64,000 bases of DNA from Octopus bimaculoides (GCF_001194135.2 NC_068993.1:44683460-44747459), one strand, 5' to 3'. Shown: positions 13,200 to 27,778, numbered from the stretch's first letter. The notes: generated by a model from the letters alone, not told the origin. Program-made: numbers and translations.

Positions 13200-13600
13200 T
13201 ATATATATATATCTGTTATATGCAACAGAAGCAGTATTACACTAAAATAGCCATCTGTTTATCATACCTAATAAAAATAATCATGGGAAGACAAATTAAC
13301 TGTGGTAATAATCCAGAAATAATATCCCTCATGGACATACTGTTTGACAAAAAAACAAACATCAGTAGCAGACAAAAATTGTCCAGCAGTGATGTGAAAA
13401 TGCTAGACATTATAAGAGATATTATCTCTGGATGAATACTGCAGTTAATTTACTTGACTGGTGATTCACTGTGGATGTGCTTGTAGCTTATTGTGCTCCC
13501 ACCAAGTACTCTCTTCATCTCATTCCCCTAGCTCCCCCCACCAATTAACTCTATCTATGACACAACTTGGTAGCTGTTACTGCTTGTTAACAGAATCGGC

Positions 13601-14313
13601 AGACCTGGGATGAAGTGGTGAAGCATGACCTTCGAACATTAGGCCTCACTGAGGCAATGACTAGTGACCGAGACCTTTGGAAATATGCTGTGCTTGAGAA
13701 GACCTGGCAAGCTAAGTGAGACTATAACCCATAACCTATGCCAGTGGTGCAACCAGCCCACTTATGCGTACCTTTCCTTCATTGGACACTAAACTCTGCT
13801 TGCGAAGACCTGTTGAGGCAAGTGAAATCGAAATCAAATTCGATAACAGCACTGCATGACTGGCATCCGTGCTAGTGGAGCACTAAGAATGTGATTGTTG
13901 CAAGGGCCGCTGACTGGCTCCCATGCCAGTGGCATGTAAAAAGCACTATCCAAGCGTGATCATTACCAGCGTAGCCTTGCTGGCATTTATGCCAGTGGCA
14001 TTTGAAAAACAACATTTGAGCGAGGTCATTGCCAGTGCTGCTGGACTGGCTGCTGTGTAGGTGGCATGTAAAAACACCATTTGAGCATGGCTGTTACCAG
14101 TACTGCCTGACCAGTCCTCGTGCCGGTGGCACGTAAAAAGCACCCACTACACTCTCGGAGTGGTTGGCGTTAGGAAGGGCATCCAGCTGTAGAAACTCTG
14201 CCAGATCAGATTGGAGCCTGGTGCAGCCTTCTGGCTTGCCAGTCCTCAGTCAAATCGTCCAACCCATGCCAGCATGGGAAGCGGACGTTAAATGATGATG
14301 ATGATGATGATGA
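13601..14313 (+). mobile_element. 5'-truncated RTE-clade LINE with complete 3' UTR
   Basis: TWDEVVKHDLRTLGLTEAMTSDRDLWKYAVLEKT...* is an RTE ORF2 C-terminus. The UTR has a repeated GTGGCA(C/T)GTAAAAA motif and ends ACCCATGCCAGCATGG..GGACGTTAAA(TGA)n. Confidence 0.85.
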
Positions 14314-15599
14314 TTGTTTTGAATTAATCATGCATTATCTCTTAGGTTCAAGCTTTCGGTGATGTGATTGTTTATTTGTAAAATTATATTGTAGAATAGG
14401 AGTGAGAAGCTGGATCTATCCAGTTTCACCATAAAACAGGTAGAATATTTGGGCCAGATATGCCCAGTTTAAATGCTAAAAGGTAATATATGTATATATA
14501 AAACTGGAAAACTATAGCCTATTGGCTATTTCAACTGCTTAAGTCCCAACAGGTCTGAGTAAGCTTTATCTAAAGCTGTGTCACCTTGAATCACTTGTCT
14601 GCAAACTGACTTTGAGGTTATCTTTGTGTTATGAGATCATGTTAAGTGTAACATGGAATTTTCTTCATGATGACTGTTGTGGTCTTTCAGTAGCAACCTA
14701 GAGGTAAAAAGTGCAACGAGTCAGTTTGCAGATGTGCAACTTCAGCTGTGACATTTGTGACAGCTCCAGGTTAATGGGTGTATGTGGTTGATGAAATCCA
14801 TTACGTCAAAACAATCGATTGCCTTGCAATCTATACTGAAATTTCATTTGTCACTTTACTGCGTTCTTTATATAATAATTTCTTAAGTGACATGCATCAA
14901 CTTTTATATAATTTGACAGTAACCAGGACGTATATTGTTGTTGTGACATTTGTACTGTGTATGTGTGTGTTTTGATAAAGACTTTTAAAATAGTAAAACC
15001 TCACCACTTCAGTGTTAATGAAATACGCTTGAAAAAATACAAAATAAGTAAAGGTTATCAAATAATAATATAAAAATATACAATGTTTAAAATCAGGTCA
15101 TCTTCCTAGAAAAATAAATATTCATTTTCATTCATTTCAATTTTGTTTCATCTGGTTAGCTTTTATGAATTCATGCTAATTGCAGAAAGTTTCTAAAACA
15201 TAGGCTTTAATCATATGAGTTTGCTTGATTAATGTTTAATTAACCTTATAAATGATACATTTAATTTTTTTATCATAGCATCAATAAAATCTGAAGTATC
15301 TTTTCAATTTGGTCTTAATTGACATAACCATTGAAGCTATTTGTTAGCATTGTTAATTATCATTAATAATTAAAAATTCTGAGTGTATAGTGGGCTGTGT
15401 CAGCATTCTGTCATTAAGTTGGATTTTCCTGCATTTGCTCTCTCTTCATACATTTATGCATTTCACCAAAACTTCTTGCATTTCATGATAGTTTATCTTG
15501 TTTCATTGTTCACTTTGTAGAGCATTGCTGGCTGTGTTTCACAATCTTTTGGCTCACTCAAAAGTATGTTAAAAAAAGAAAAGCCCCAGTTTGTTTTAA

Positions 15600-16045
15600 C
15601 CCTGTAGCATTTAAATTGGCCATATCCAACCTAAATATTCCATTTGTTTTAGGTAAAAAGTGGCCAGATATTGCCTCTCACACCAACCCTACAATGTCAT
15701 TCTAAAAATAAACAATCACATCATAGTGGTCTCAATTCTACAAGATAATACATGTTTAACCCGTTTGTTACCAACCTGTCTGAAACTGGCTCTGGCTCTG
15801 AGTACAAATGTCTTGTTTTCATAAGTTTTCAATTAAAATCTTCCACCAAACCTTAGTCACAATTTATGTTCCTAACACTAGCTGAATGATAACTAAGTTA
15901 TTTTACTAAATTCTTTGTTATATTTAAAGTAATTGAAAGAAACACAGAGCATCTCAAAATAAATACAGTAACGAAGGGGTTAATTCAAAACAATGTAAAT
16001 AAATAAATAAGCATTGCATTTGACAGTAATCTGAATGCTAAAGGG
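15600..16045. mobile_element. TTAA MITE family P2 containing a nested P1 MITE (15760-15979)
   Basis: TTAA|CCCTGTAGCAT...ATGCTAAAGGG|TTAA, with the inner element bounded by its own TTAA pair. Uninterrupted relative at ~28830-29046. Confidence 0.75.
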
Positions 16046-16311
16046 TTAAACAAAGAAGGCACTAATTTTAATACATAACCAATCACATTGCTATGTTATC
16101 TAATACTTAATATTAATTCCTTTGTCACACCAGGTAAAATGCTTAGTGGCATTTTGTACATCTTTACGTTCTGAGCTCAAATTCTGCCAAGGTCAACTTT
16201 CTTCCTTCCATCCTTTCATGGTTGATAAAATAAGTATCAGTTGAACACTATGGTCGATGTAATTAACTTAGACCCCTTCCCCAAACCTGCTGGCTTTCTA
16301 CCAAAATTTGA

Positions 16312-16696
16312 GAGGCGCAATGGCCCAGTGGTTAGGGCAGCGGACTCGCAGTCATAGGATCGCAGTTTTGATTCCCAGACCGGGCGTTGTGAGTGTTTAT
16401 TGAGCGAAAACACCTAAAGCTCCACGAGGCTCTGGCAGGGGATGGTGGTGAACCCTGCTGTACTCTTTCACCACAACTTTCTCTCACTCTTACTTCCTGT
16501 TTCTGTTGTGCCTGTAATTCAAAGGGTCAGCCTTGTCACACTGTGTCACACTGAATATCCCCGAGACCTGCGTTAAGGGTACACGTGTCTGTGGAGTGCT
16601 CAGTCACTTGCATGTTAATTTCACGAGCAGGCTGTTCTGTTGATCGGATCAACTGGAGCCCTCGACGTCGTAAGCAACGGAGTGCCAACAACAACA
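16312..16696 (+). mobile_element. tRNA-derived SINE family B, full length
   Basis: tRNA-like head GAGGCGCAATGGCCCAGTGGTTAGG...TTTTGATTCCCAG and (CAA)n tail; near-identical copies at 40449 and 47636. Confidence 0.85.
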
Positions 16697-19600
16697 ATGG
16701 TTTTGACTGTATGTATCTATTTTGCACTTTTAATGAGAGTTCAAAAGGAAGGGGACGGTTTTGTTACTTTTGTGATACTGAGACAAAAAATTTTAGAAAT
16801 ATGTTAACATAATGGCAATAAAAAGGATTCTTACGGTGGTGAGCTGGCAGAATCATTAGTATGTTGAGCAAAATGCTTAGCGGTGTTTCGTCCATCTTCA
16901 TGTTTTGAGTTTAAATTCTGCTGAGGTTGACTTTGCCTTTCATCCCTTCTGGGTCAATATAATAAGCACCAGTTGAATACTGGGGTTTGATTTAATTGGA
17001 CTTACCCCCTTCCCCAAAGTTACTGGCCTTGTGCCAAAATTTGAAATCAATTAATAGGATTCCTCTACTTCTTGGTGCACAGCTGAATTTTCTCATACTC
17101 TATAAGTCTCCCAGATTTATTTGTTTGAAAGTAGACCTTTCAAATCATTCTATGTTAAAGATATATTTACAGTCTATCAGGGTTTTTTGCTTTCTTTCAC
17201 TAATTTCAGTTTGTTTCTGTGAATAGAAGACTCATTGATTCCCCTGGTAGACAATGATTTACAGTATTTTAAACAACACATTTGGGAAAATTTATGCTAT
17301 CAGACAGCATTTTAAATAAAATATATTGTCTGAAAGATAATGATATAAAAGAGAAAGAAATCATTTCAACTTATGGATGTCTTCATTGGGATTATAATGA
17401 ATCTGTAATGAAAGCTCATTCAAAAGAAGTAATATTTCAGATTCAAGTGAATGTAAGTTTCTGTAAAAGTTACATAAAATGCTGTTTATGCTTTTTACAT
17501 AAATGCTGTTACAAAGTCCATTGAAACACCACCTAAGAGTGAATTTCTAAGAAGTGCATTATTTATTAATTTCTTAGAAAGAGTGTAAGTTCAATTTTCT
17601 CAGCTTTCATTTTTTTTTTTTTTTTGATAAATGCAGTCAAGTTTAAAAAATTTTTTTTTACTTGTTTTATTTCAGTAGGTGGAATTCAGGACCTTGAGTT
17701 TCTAAGTTATCAATTTTCCATAATGTTTGGGATGAAGCTTTAGTTTCTGTATGGGTAGATGATATCTAGTAATACATAATATTGTAAACTAGATACTTTA
17801 ATGCCTTAGTGTTTTCAGTATTATACTTTGTTTACCCTCTTAGCACACAAGCACATTCCCAAGTGGCTTCTCTAATAACAAAGCTCTGTCCTCTAGTTTT
17901 ATTATGATATCAGCTTTGAATTCAAATCCTCCTTTGAATGGAGGTGAGGATGTCTGTATTAGAAAGAATATTTCTCTAAATTGATTTACATGCTAAAAGC
18001 AGGGCACCAATACACTGAGAGTGTTTTATAATGTGAGTTTAGAAAATGCTTATGAAAAATAAATTTCCTTTTTTTAAGGACTCCTGTATCTTCAACTAAT
18101 GTAAATACTTTACAGTTAATCTTGTATTACACTGTGTCTCCTCTATAGTATTCTTAATATCATTCATCTATTAATAAAACATTAATGATTGTCTGAATGA
18201 AAGTTAATTTAATTCAGTTTGCTGAATATGTAATGTCTAAAGGTGAAATAGAGGAAGAGGTAGTATGTGAAATAGTCCACAGATTCTTATAAATAATCTA
18301 TACATAATTAAAATAGGATTTATATTTTCCCTTCTATGCCAGTTTCTTTATTTGATCAAGGCAAACCTTATTTTATGGAATTCACCAATTGAAGCGTTAT
18401 AGATTTTACTTCTGAAAATCCTTAATATTGATGTTGTTTTCGAAGGATATCAAATTGAATAGATGCAGCTCCCTGTTCTGTTCCCTTTTATCTTGGTTTT
18501 CAATTTCACAGAATCAAAGGACTGACGTTAATCAATTTTCTTTCTCAGTAAATCCTACAAGCATCCTTATTTCGAAACAAGCAAACAAAAACAAATACTC
18601 ACTCACTCACTTTCTCTCTCTCTTTCACACACACACACACACAGTTGTTAGAAGAGAAATCAATACGTAAAACAAACAATTTGAACATATTCAGTAATGA
18701 TAAAGTCTGTTATCATTTGCTTATTTTCCTGATAAATTGCATCAGAAGGAAGAAAACTATTTCTGTTATCATTGAATATCATTTCTTTTTTACATTGAAC
18801 CTCTCTGGCCTTTTCTTTTTTTTTTTTTTATTTATTGTAAATTAAGTTTGGAATTTCAGAAGAATTTTGTTATTCTTTAATTCAGAAATACAATTGAATT
18901 TCAATTCGGTTGCTCGAGGGGATTTTCTGTTTCAGGTTTAAAATTGTGTATTTATTGTAATCTTCAATAGGGGTTACATTTAGTTTATGTAGCTATCAGG
19001 TTTCTGAAATAAGTCACTTTAATTATTATTGCCTTGAGATTTTAATGTATTTTTTATTGTTACTGTTACTGACAGTTTACAATTGATAGATGGGTAACAT
19101 GGTTTTTATTAAATCATGTATTTTGAATGTATTATAAATACCTTGTTCAGAGACAGCAGTCCTAAGTTTAGGTTAATTCATAAGAAGTGACTACTGTATA
19201 AAAATTGAGAAATAATTAAATGGCTGGTAAGAAATATCAAATAAAGCTTTCAAAATAAATTTATAAATTTCCTTATAATTACAAAAGAAAAAAAATGTTT
19301 TTGATCAAATTAAATTTGGTTAATACACATAGAATTAAAAATGTGGGGAAAATACAATCTGTTAGACCAAAATGTGTGTGTGTGTGTGTGTGTGGAAAGC
19401 AGATTTTAAATGATGATGGTAATATTCAAGATAAATAATTTCGTTCATGCGGTTGACAGTTTTTATCCTCTCCACTGTTTGGTGTATTTTCCCAGAAGAA
19501 TAAAAGCTTATTTTAACCCTATGAAGCCTTATTTTAATCAAACTAGAATCAGTGGGAGAGTGAATCAATAGATTCTATTGGCAGGAATGTGACATAGATG

Positions 19601-21739
19601 AATTCAAAGATCCAATTTTTAGCAATGAAAAATTGTTAATAAGCTGATATAAAGTATATATTCAGTTTGGCTTTCATTAAAAAAAGTGTCAGCTTTGAAT
19701 CTGGTTGCATTCTTCTTTAAAAAAAAAAAGAAAGACAAACACATATGTTTCTCTAAATAAGGGTTTCTAATTAAGGCAGAAGATCAGCAATTTTGAAAGG
19801 AGGGAGATATTTGATACCATTGACTCCAATACTTGACCACTACTTTATCATCCCTGGGGGGATAAAAGGCAAAGTCATCTTTTTGAGGATTTGAACTCAG
19901 AATATAAAGAGATGGCACAAATACCACAAGACATTTTCTTCCAACACTTCAAAAGATTCTGGCACCTCACTGCCTTTGTTTCTCTAAATAACAATAATCT
20001 AATGTTCAAATCTACCAGTATGTGTTGAATAACGCATTATGAGTTTGACTTTTGCAAAATGCTCATTAAAAAACATGCTATTTTCTAAATTTAACCTTCA
20101 AGCTAAGTAAGGTATGCATCTTTGTGTTGGATTAGTCAGTCATAGGAAACACCATTATATTAACTTCAGAATGGTAGAATATAGTAAAATTAAAAATCAG
20201 AATTGTGATTATCCTTATTGGTTCTATTTTGTATATTTGTTTCTATTCATAATTTTCTGTTTTTGTTGTTTAAAAACATAGCACATAACTCTGCTTTTTT
20301 CCCTATTTTATATAATGTGTATTATAAAGAAATCTTATTGAATGTAATGAAATCAAATTTGGCTTCCTTCTTTATTGCTGCTGCTATCGTTTGGTAACTC
20401 TTTGCCAGTTCTGTTTCAGGAGATTTATATTATGCAGGCATCTAATTGAACATTTGGAAGCAGCAGTGCATAGATAATGCATCTCTGAGAGGCTGCATTC
20501 ACATTGTACATTCCATCATGTGATGGTTTGGGTGAGTGGAGATGCAGTGTAATAATCAGGACTTGTTACATCAGTTTTGATTTCCTGTTTTCTGCTTTAT
20601 ATACATGACTGAAGGATCTACTATGGCTCAATGATAATGAGCAGAGTGATTTGTGTTATTCATTCATAGGTTTGCTGGTCAGCATAAAATTAAAGCTTAA
20701 TGTGACCACCAATATTGGGACTATTTTGGTGCATTGTTGTTGTGTAGCTCTAGGTCAGTCCTGCTTTAGCAGTCTTTTGACACAACTAGTCAGCCACATA
20801 ATGATTGATAGTCCACAGATCCATCTTCCCAGTTTTATCATGCCTGTGTATACATAAATCATATGGAGTGCAGTATGATAGTCTGGACACGCTGTACTCT
20901 CTACACTGTATATCAATAGATTTCACCGTGGTAATCACAGTGGAGGCAAGCAAGTTAAGAGGCAGTCAGAGTGATACAGGTGCTGTTCCTTTTCACTTAT
21001 TATTGGCAATATGCATCCCAACATAATGTTTTGGTCAAGAGTGATACTGATTTTACAGTTAAAGAAAGAATTTTTTTGTTTTTACTTTTGTTGATTGTTA
21101 CAATAGTAAGATGGGGGTTGAATTAACAAGCCTGATTATGTGCTTGCGCAAACAGTTCATAATGCTTTTTAAGGATTGTTATTGGACGGTGTTAAGCTAA
21201 CATTGCAAACATAAGCACCAGTATGGTTGTGTGGTAAAGAAGCTTGCATTGCAACCATATAGTTTGGGGTTCAGTCCCACTATGCAGTATGTTGGGCAAG
21301 TATCTCCTATCACCCCAAGTTGACCAATGCCTTGTGAGTGAATTACTTGTTTCAGTAATTAGACTGTGACCATGCTGGGACATCGCCTTGCAGAATTTTT
21401 AGTGAAACTTATTAACCCCAGTAGTTATTATTAAAGTCTGGTATTATTCTATTTGGCTCTTTTGCTGAACCACTATGATACAGAGAAGTAAACACACCAA
21501 GACTAGTTATCAAGTGAGGGATAAACACATACTCAAAGATATATATACACACACACATACGTATGAGATGTGATTCTTTCTGTTTCCGTCTACCAAATCC
21601 CCTCACTTGAATGTGTGCATAAATTGCTGAAATATATAACTAAATATGTTATTCAATATGGAAACTTTGATAATAATAATTAAAGAAATGAAATTAATTT
21701 TCTGTTTTTTTTTTTAATTTGTTTTTTTTTTTGTTACAG

Positions 21740-22709
21740 ATGTTCAGAAAAAGATCAAAAGACTAAAGTAAAGTTTAATGTTTCTCCTGTGCCATCTTTA
21801 TGTAATGTGAGTGAATTAAAACCTGATGTGGTTAATGAGCCAAACTGGAGTAGTAAAACACATGAAAAAACTGTGGAAACCTCAATGAAAGAAAAGAAAG
21901 AAACTTGCAGAAAAATACAAGGGGGTGATGGAGATTGTAGATCTTCTACCCCTAATGTACCTGAGTCCAAAAGAAGAAGCAAAAGACTTGTTGATAAAAG
22001 TTATTTTAACCAGAAGCAAGCACACCAAGTTTTTAATTACACACAAGATTGGAGCTCTTCACAGTCAGATGAAACAAGTCCTGAAAGTGATTTGAAAATC
22101 TCAGCAAGTGAGGATCTGGCTAAATCTGCAGAAGAAAGAACTAATAAACCTTTAACTCCAGAGCTGCAAAGAAGTATGAGTCAGTTAATAATTCAGAAGG
22201 TTTGTCAAGCCCCTAAGAAAAAAGGATCAAGAGGGAATTCGGTGTTCACAGAAAATGTAGCCTGCAAAAGTGATGACAATGATTCCAGCACACCTAGAAG
22301 TCTTGCAACAAAAAGTAAAAAGATAAAAGGCATCAATCATCACAGGTTGTTATTGTCAGAGAAATCGGATTCAGATGAGAAGATTCTGAAATGGAATGCA
22401 AATGTCCCGATAAAGAATAGTGAAAGGTCCAGCAATGTAACATCTTCAAAATTCAAGTGTTTATTTAGTCCAGATGAATCTTTGAGTTCTAATGACTATG
22501 GAGATAATGATTTGGAATCTTCTATTGAATGGGATTTTTGGAACAACTCTCAAGAAGAGAAAGAATCCCTAAAATGTTCGGATTCAAGCGAGAAGAGCGT
22601 TACTAAAATGAAGAAAATGGTGTCACCTTCATTGATGACATCAATGATCAGTAATAGTCCTGACAGTATGGTTACTGAGTGTTCTTCACCATTATCTGGA
22701 ATTAGTGAG
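21740..22709 (+). CDS. HMG-box protein, coding exon 2 (Ser/Lys/acidic low-complexity region)
   Basis: Poly-T tract plus ttacag acceptor; the phase 2 entry completes AG+A (Arg) from exon 1. 970 bp open frame (the 315-aa ORF in the track); donor GAG|gtaaga (phase 0). Confidence 0.85.
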
Positions 22710-24467
22710 GTAAGAATTGTTGACAGTGATATTTAGTTACCTGTTAATATACTTTACTAACAAAATATATTATTACTCATAAACTGGGGTTAATATAATC
22801 AAGACTACTGGCCCTGTGCCTAAATTAGAAACATTAAGAAATTATTATTGAAACTATTCCATGCTATATTAGTTGATAGGATTATTGTCTTGAGGTTTGA
22901 AAGAACGAAAGCAAAGTCGGCCTTAGTGGAATTTGAACTTGGAATGTAAAGACAAACAAAATTCCATTAAGCATTTTGCCTGACATGCTAATGATTCTGC
23001 CAGCTTGCTAGTAAACTATTATTGACTGTAGATAAGGACTCTCTGAGGGTGAAGGAGAAAAAATTAAATATAGTATAGACAGTAACTGTTTATCTTAATT
23101 GTTAGAGCTCTGTATTTAAGGAATTTATTATGTCAATTTAGAATAGTAACTTTATCAAAACATCTAACAATTTTACTGTACAATTCCAATTTTAATAAAA
23201 TTTGAGAATATAATTAGTGGATTCCAAAATACAAACAACTGATGTATTATTCAAAATTCAGCAGTGAGAAATATACTGTGATTGCACTGATAGCAGACTG
23301 AACTTAAGAAATCAAAAACTATAATATATTGAAGATGTCTAAACTCCAATGGTTTAATATTGTTTGAAAATCTAATTGCATTATTATTATGAATATAAAG
23401 CTGTTTTTGGTAAAATGGAAACAATTGAAATTTATGTGCATGTCTCTTTAAAAAGAGGATAACATTCAAATGTTAGTCTTATATAATCCTGTATACAATC
23501 ATGATGGTTTGTTTTTATAGCAGCTATAATCAAGATCAGTTTAGTTAACTTTTCATTTTTCCTGACAACAATTATTTACATTTATTGGCCATAAGAGATA
23601 TCATTGAATTCTATGCTGAAATTTCAATCATAATATGTGTCTTTAGTGTAGTTGCTAAGCTAAATGTTATGCTTTTACTTGTTCGAGGTGAGCATTGAAA
23701 CTAAGAGAAAGGAGAAAGAGGTGTTTGTTTTCTCCACTCAGAATTGTATTTCAATGTAGTCACTCTCCACTTTCTTGACTGTTACTATTAAACATTTTCA
23801 TTATTAAATTTCATAATTAACAATAATAAATTAGTGTTAACATAGAATATTAAACATGTAACTAGAAAAAAAATATGCAGAAAGAGGGAAAAAATGCAAA
23901 ATGTAAGAAAGAAAAATTAGTCAATGGCAAATAGAAAGTATGTTAGACAACTATGGACATATTTTGATCTTATTCTGACCTCATCATTGAAGCTTATCTT
24001 CAGTGCAATACTTTTGTAGATGTATGATATTATGCATTTGTTGGTATGGGAAAATATAAATGCTTATAATTTAAATAATGAATAGTCATTATCTGCACAT
24101 ATTTAATACTAACTGGGAATAAATATGACTGACATATTTAAGAGAGAATTTTAATTTTATTTTAATAACACTAAGGATTTCTTTTAAAACTGAACAGTTC
24201 CTTCTGCTGAATTCCAACTGGTATATTGTTAATCAATAGCTAATTCTAGTGAGAACATATTTTTATGAACTTTACCTTTTTTAAAAATAATATCTTATTG
24301 AAAACACAAGTAAGATAACTGCTAAATTATTATTCAGTCTTTCTTTAATTCAATATATTGGCTTCTACTGGGTAATATCTCCATTCTATTTCATTTTCAT
24401 ATAAATAAAAAAGTTGAAGAATTGAAAGTCAGGAAATTTGTTGATATTTGCCTATTTTACTTTTCAG

Positions 24468-24608
24468 CTCTCTGACCCAGATTCTGACAGTTATGAAGAA
24501 CATGTAGAAGAGAATGAGAAAATGGATTCAAAAGCAATACTCTATATTAATGACAAAATTTCAGCTGGTGGTGATGCTAAATCTCATTCCATATACAAAT
24601 GTAACCCA
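24468..24608 (+). CDS. HMG-box protein, coding exon 3 (LSDPDSDSYEEHVEENEK...KCNP)
   Basis: ttttcag acceptor, 141 bp, CCA|gtaagt donor, phase 0/0 consistent with neighbouring exons. Confidence 0.8.
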
Positions 24609-25748
24609 GTAAGTTTTTAATGATATTTGCATAAATTGGTATGAGAAATAACTCCTGTCAATAATTCTCTTATTATGTAACAATTATGTATCTTTTTATG
24701 TGGACGTGGAAAGAAATGGTTTCATGGCTATGGAGGAAGTAACTTGTCTTGGAAATGAGGCAATTTGAACAAACCTAATGTAATGAAAAGTGCATTGTTC
24801 TAACCACACAAAGGCGACATGGAATCTAAGTTACTGCAAAGGTAACCCATCTAGGAGCAGCAAAATTGAATAAAAGCTGACACAGTGTAAATGGGTGGGA
24901 GAATGCTTCAGTTCTAAGAGACGATCACTCTAGTGTTGGTGACACAATAAAATACACCGGGTTCATGTAGTAAAGTGGTTATTGATAGAAAAGGTATCTA
25001 GCTCACCTCTTCAAAAATATCCTGTCGAATTCTTAACAATCAAAAGTACAATGGAAGTCAATTGCATATACAGGACTACTATAATGTTTGTGCTTCACAT
25101 GGTTGTACAGTGGTCAGGTAAAAACATTCGGCCATGTATGAGAACCCATTAATCACTATCTAATGATTACATTCAATGTAATCATAAAAACTGTCTTCCT
25201 TTTGGATGTAGAATAAAGATAACTGATAACCCACCTAGCAGCAGAAACTTTTCTCTTCAAGTTTTAAAATTTGAAGGCTGTCAAAATGATGAAATGTAGA
25301 TGTGGAGAGATTTAGAGTTGCAAGGGTGGAGGTGGAGAAATGTGTTCTGTGTACAAGAGGTAAGGTGGAAAGGAGCCCTAAATCAGACTCTTTGTGAGCA
25401 AGAAATACAGATAGAAGTTCATTAGGGTAGGTAAAAGCACTGGGTGAATGGAATGAGTAAATTGTTGCAGAGAAATCAATAAAGAAATTGAGGCAATCAG
25501 TGTATGTAACAATAATTAAGCTTCAGTTACAGGTCACACAACAGCAACAGTGATCTCTTCATATGCACTCCAGCAAGGATAGAACCGATAATCCTCTTGC
25601 AGACTACCTTGTTACAGGAAAGAGAACATAAAAGAAGTGGTCCAGTGGATTATATTTATGAATATAAACTTCATATAAACTTTTAAATTTCCAATAAATT
25701 TAATAATCACGTACCTTTCCACACTTTTTTCATATATCTAATTAATAG

Positions 25749-25834
25749 AAGTTTGAAGGTTTACCTAAAGATTATCCTTTTGAAAGCATGTTTGAAGAAG
25801 TGACTCCTGAAAAAAGAAAATCAAATAAATCAAG
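25749..25834 (+). CDS. HMG-box protein, coding exon 4 (KFEGLPKDYPFESMFEEVTPEKRKSNKS)
   Basis: aattaatag acceptor, open frame entered in phase 0, AG|gtaaga donor in phase 2. Confidence 0.75.
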
Positions 25835-26627
25835 GTAAGACAATAGGCTTTCATTTAAAGCACAATTTATACATTTCTTTTGTATATTGTTAATATTCTT
25901 GTATGGCATACAAGCTCACTTACTCTCATTTGTGTGTATATATAAGAAATTATTATCCTATTTAGCATCTTCATTCTTTATTACTTTTAGTCAATGAATA
26001 AAAATCTTTTGTCTTAATGCTATACACATGTCTGGGCCAGCAAATTCTTAGTGGCCCAAATGGCAAGGATTCTTCTCCCGTGCAAGATGAAAATCTTATC
26101 AACCATAATAATAGTTTTATACACATATGCTATTGATTCTTCTAGCTTGTGTTCAGAAGAGTATAGCTTTTCGGTATCCATCTAAAAATACACATGTATG
26201 TACATGGAAAATATTGATATACCATGTGTGACAGTGTGTAAGATGTGCTTTTTCTTGTGACCATATTACAATTTGGATACCAAGTGTATGAGTGTATAAT
26301 AAAATATATTCAACTTATTTTTTCTGCAAAATAAACTTGTTTTCCACAAAAAAAAAATAGGGATTTGTCTTATGTCAGAGTGTATCTTATACACTAGCGA
26401 ATATGATATTCAAACCACACTTGGACATTCTACTGTGTAAGATCCTAGATGAGCTTACTTCACAGCAACATCTACATATGACGATACTGGTACTAAACTC
26501 CTTAATTCATTAAATATCAGCCACAACAACAAAAGCAGTAACACACATTATGGTAGCGTCCCAGTGAGGGCTAGAATACATAAGACACCCTAGGTGAAAC
26601 TAGCCAAAATAAATGGATTTACATTCA

Positions 26628-26716
26628 TAACTTTACCTCAGATGACTACCCAGCCCTGATTTTGTTTTAATTTTTCCCCACAAATTTAGTACATATTTAC
26701 ACACACACACGCACAC

Positions 26717-26749
<33 letters not shown>

Positions 26750-27699
26750 NNNNNNNNNNATATACACACTGGCACATGCGCACACACACACACACACACT
26801 CTCTCTCTCTCTAATATGCAAATGTATGCAGTTGACAAAGTGCAAGTAACTTATGTAGATTTGAGTATTATACTTTGGTTCATACAAAGTTTAATGTAAT
26901 AACCAAATGTTACAGATATCAACCACCAAATTAACAGAATTATAGCAGACATGTCTGTAACTGGGAAGAATGCAACATTAAAAGACAGAATGAATGACAG
27001 GGTATAAATGTCTATTTTCATTGCCAGTGCACAATGAGAAAGAGTAGAACAGCCTCAGGCATATTGATAATTGGAATTCTACTTCAAGCAAATTGCTCAA
27101 ACCCTTTCTGCTGTTAATTAGATTTGTACGTTGATGTTACAGTCCGTATTTCTAACAAGAAAGTAGTCTCCAAGTACCTAGAATATTATATTTAATGGTG
27201 TTTTTCTCTTTCCTCTAGTTTCTTGGGGGATGGGTGGGGGTTGAATGTGTGGCAAAAATATTACTAAAACAAAAAGTAAATTTACAATTAGCTTTTTTGA
27301 TATTTTTCCATATTCTAGTACAAAGCCTGTAAATATGTGGATTATATTAGTTTAATTAGTTTGAAAAGGTTAGCTTTATCAGTGAACAGCCATGATTTCA
27401 TTATTGAAGCTGCAAACTGAATATTTTATATATTCTGGAATATTTGCATTTTATACATGTTTTTATCTTTGTATTATGGTTACTATATGTCATGTCAAAT
27501 CAGTTATTTTATAAAATGAATTAAAAACAAAACAAAACAATGTTAACACTTTTGGATCAGTTTTTTAGACTTAAGCTTTTCCACATGCCTATGTACACTC
27601 TCTCATTGCAGATAAATGCTTCAGCATTTCTAACTTTACCTCAGTTGACTACCCAGCCCTGATTTTGTTTTAATTTTTTTCCCCACAAATTTAGTACAT

Positions 27700-27735
<36 letters not shown>

Positions 27736-27778
27736 CTCTCTCTCTCTTATTTGTAAATGTATGCAGTTGACAAAGTGC
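26628..27778. repeat. Local duplication around a (CA)n(CT)n microsatellite (26628-26843 and 27631-27778)
   Basis: Shared flanks TAACTTTACCTCAG.TGACTACCCAGCCCTGATTTTG... and AAATGTATGCAGTTGACAAAGTGC. Confidence 0.85.

Noticed and set aside
17282-17524. Possible extra HMG-gene exon ending at AAT|gtaagt (~17452)
   Set aside because: No acceptor gives the phase 2/2 symmetry needed, there is an upstream in-frame stop, and the peptide has no recognisable similarity.
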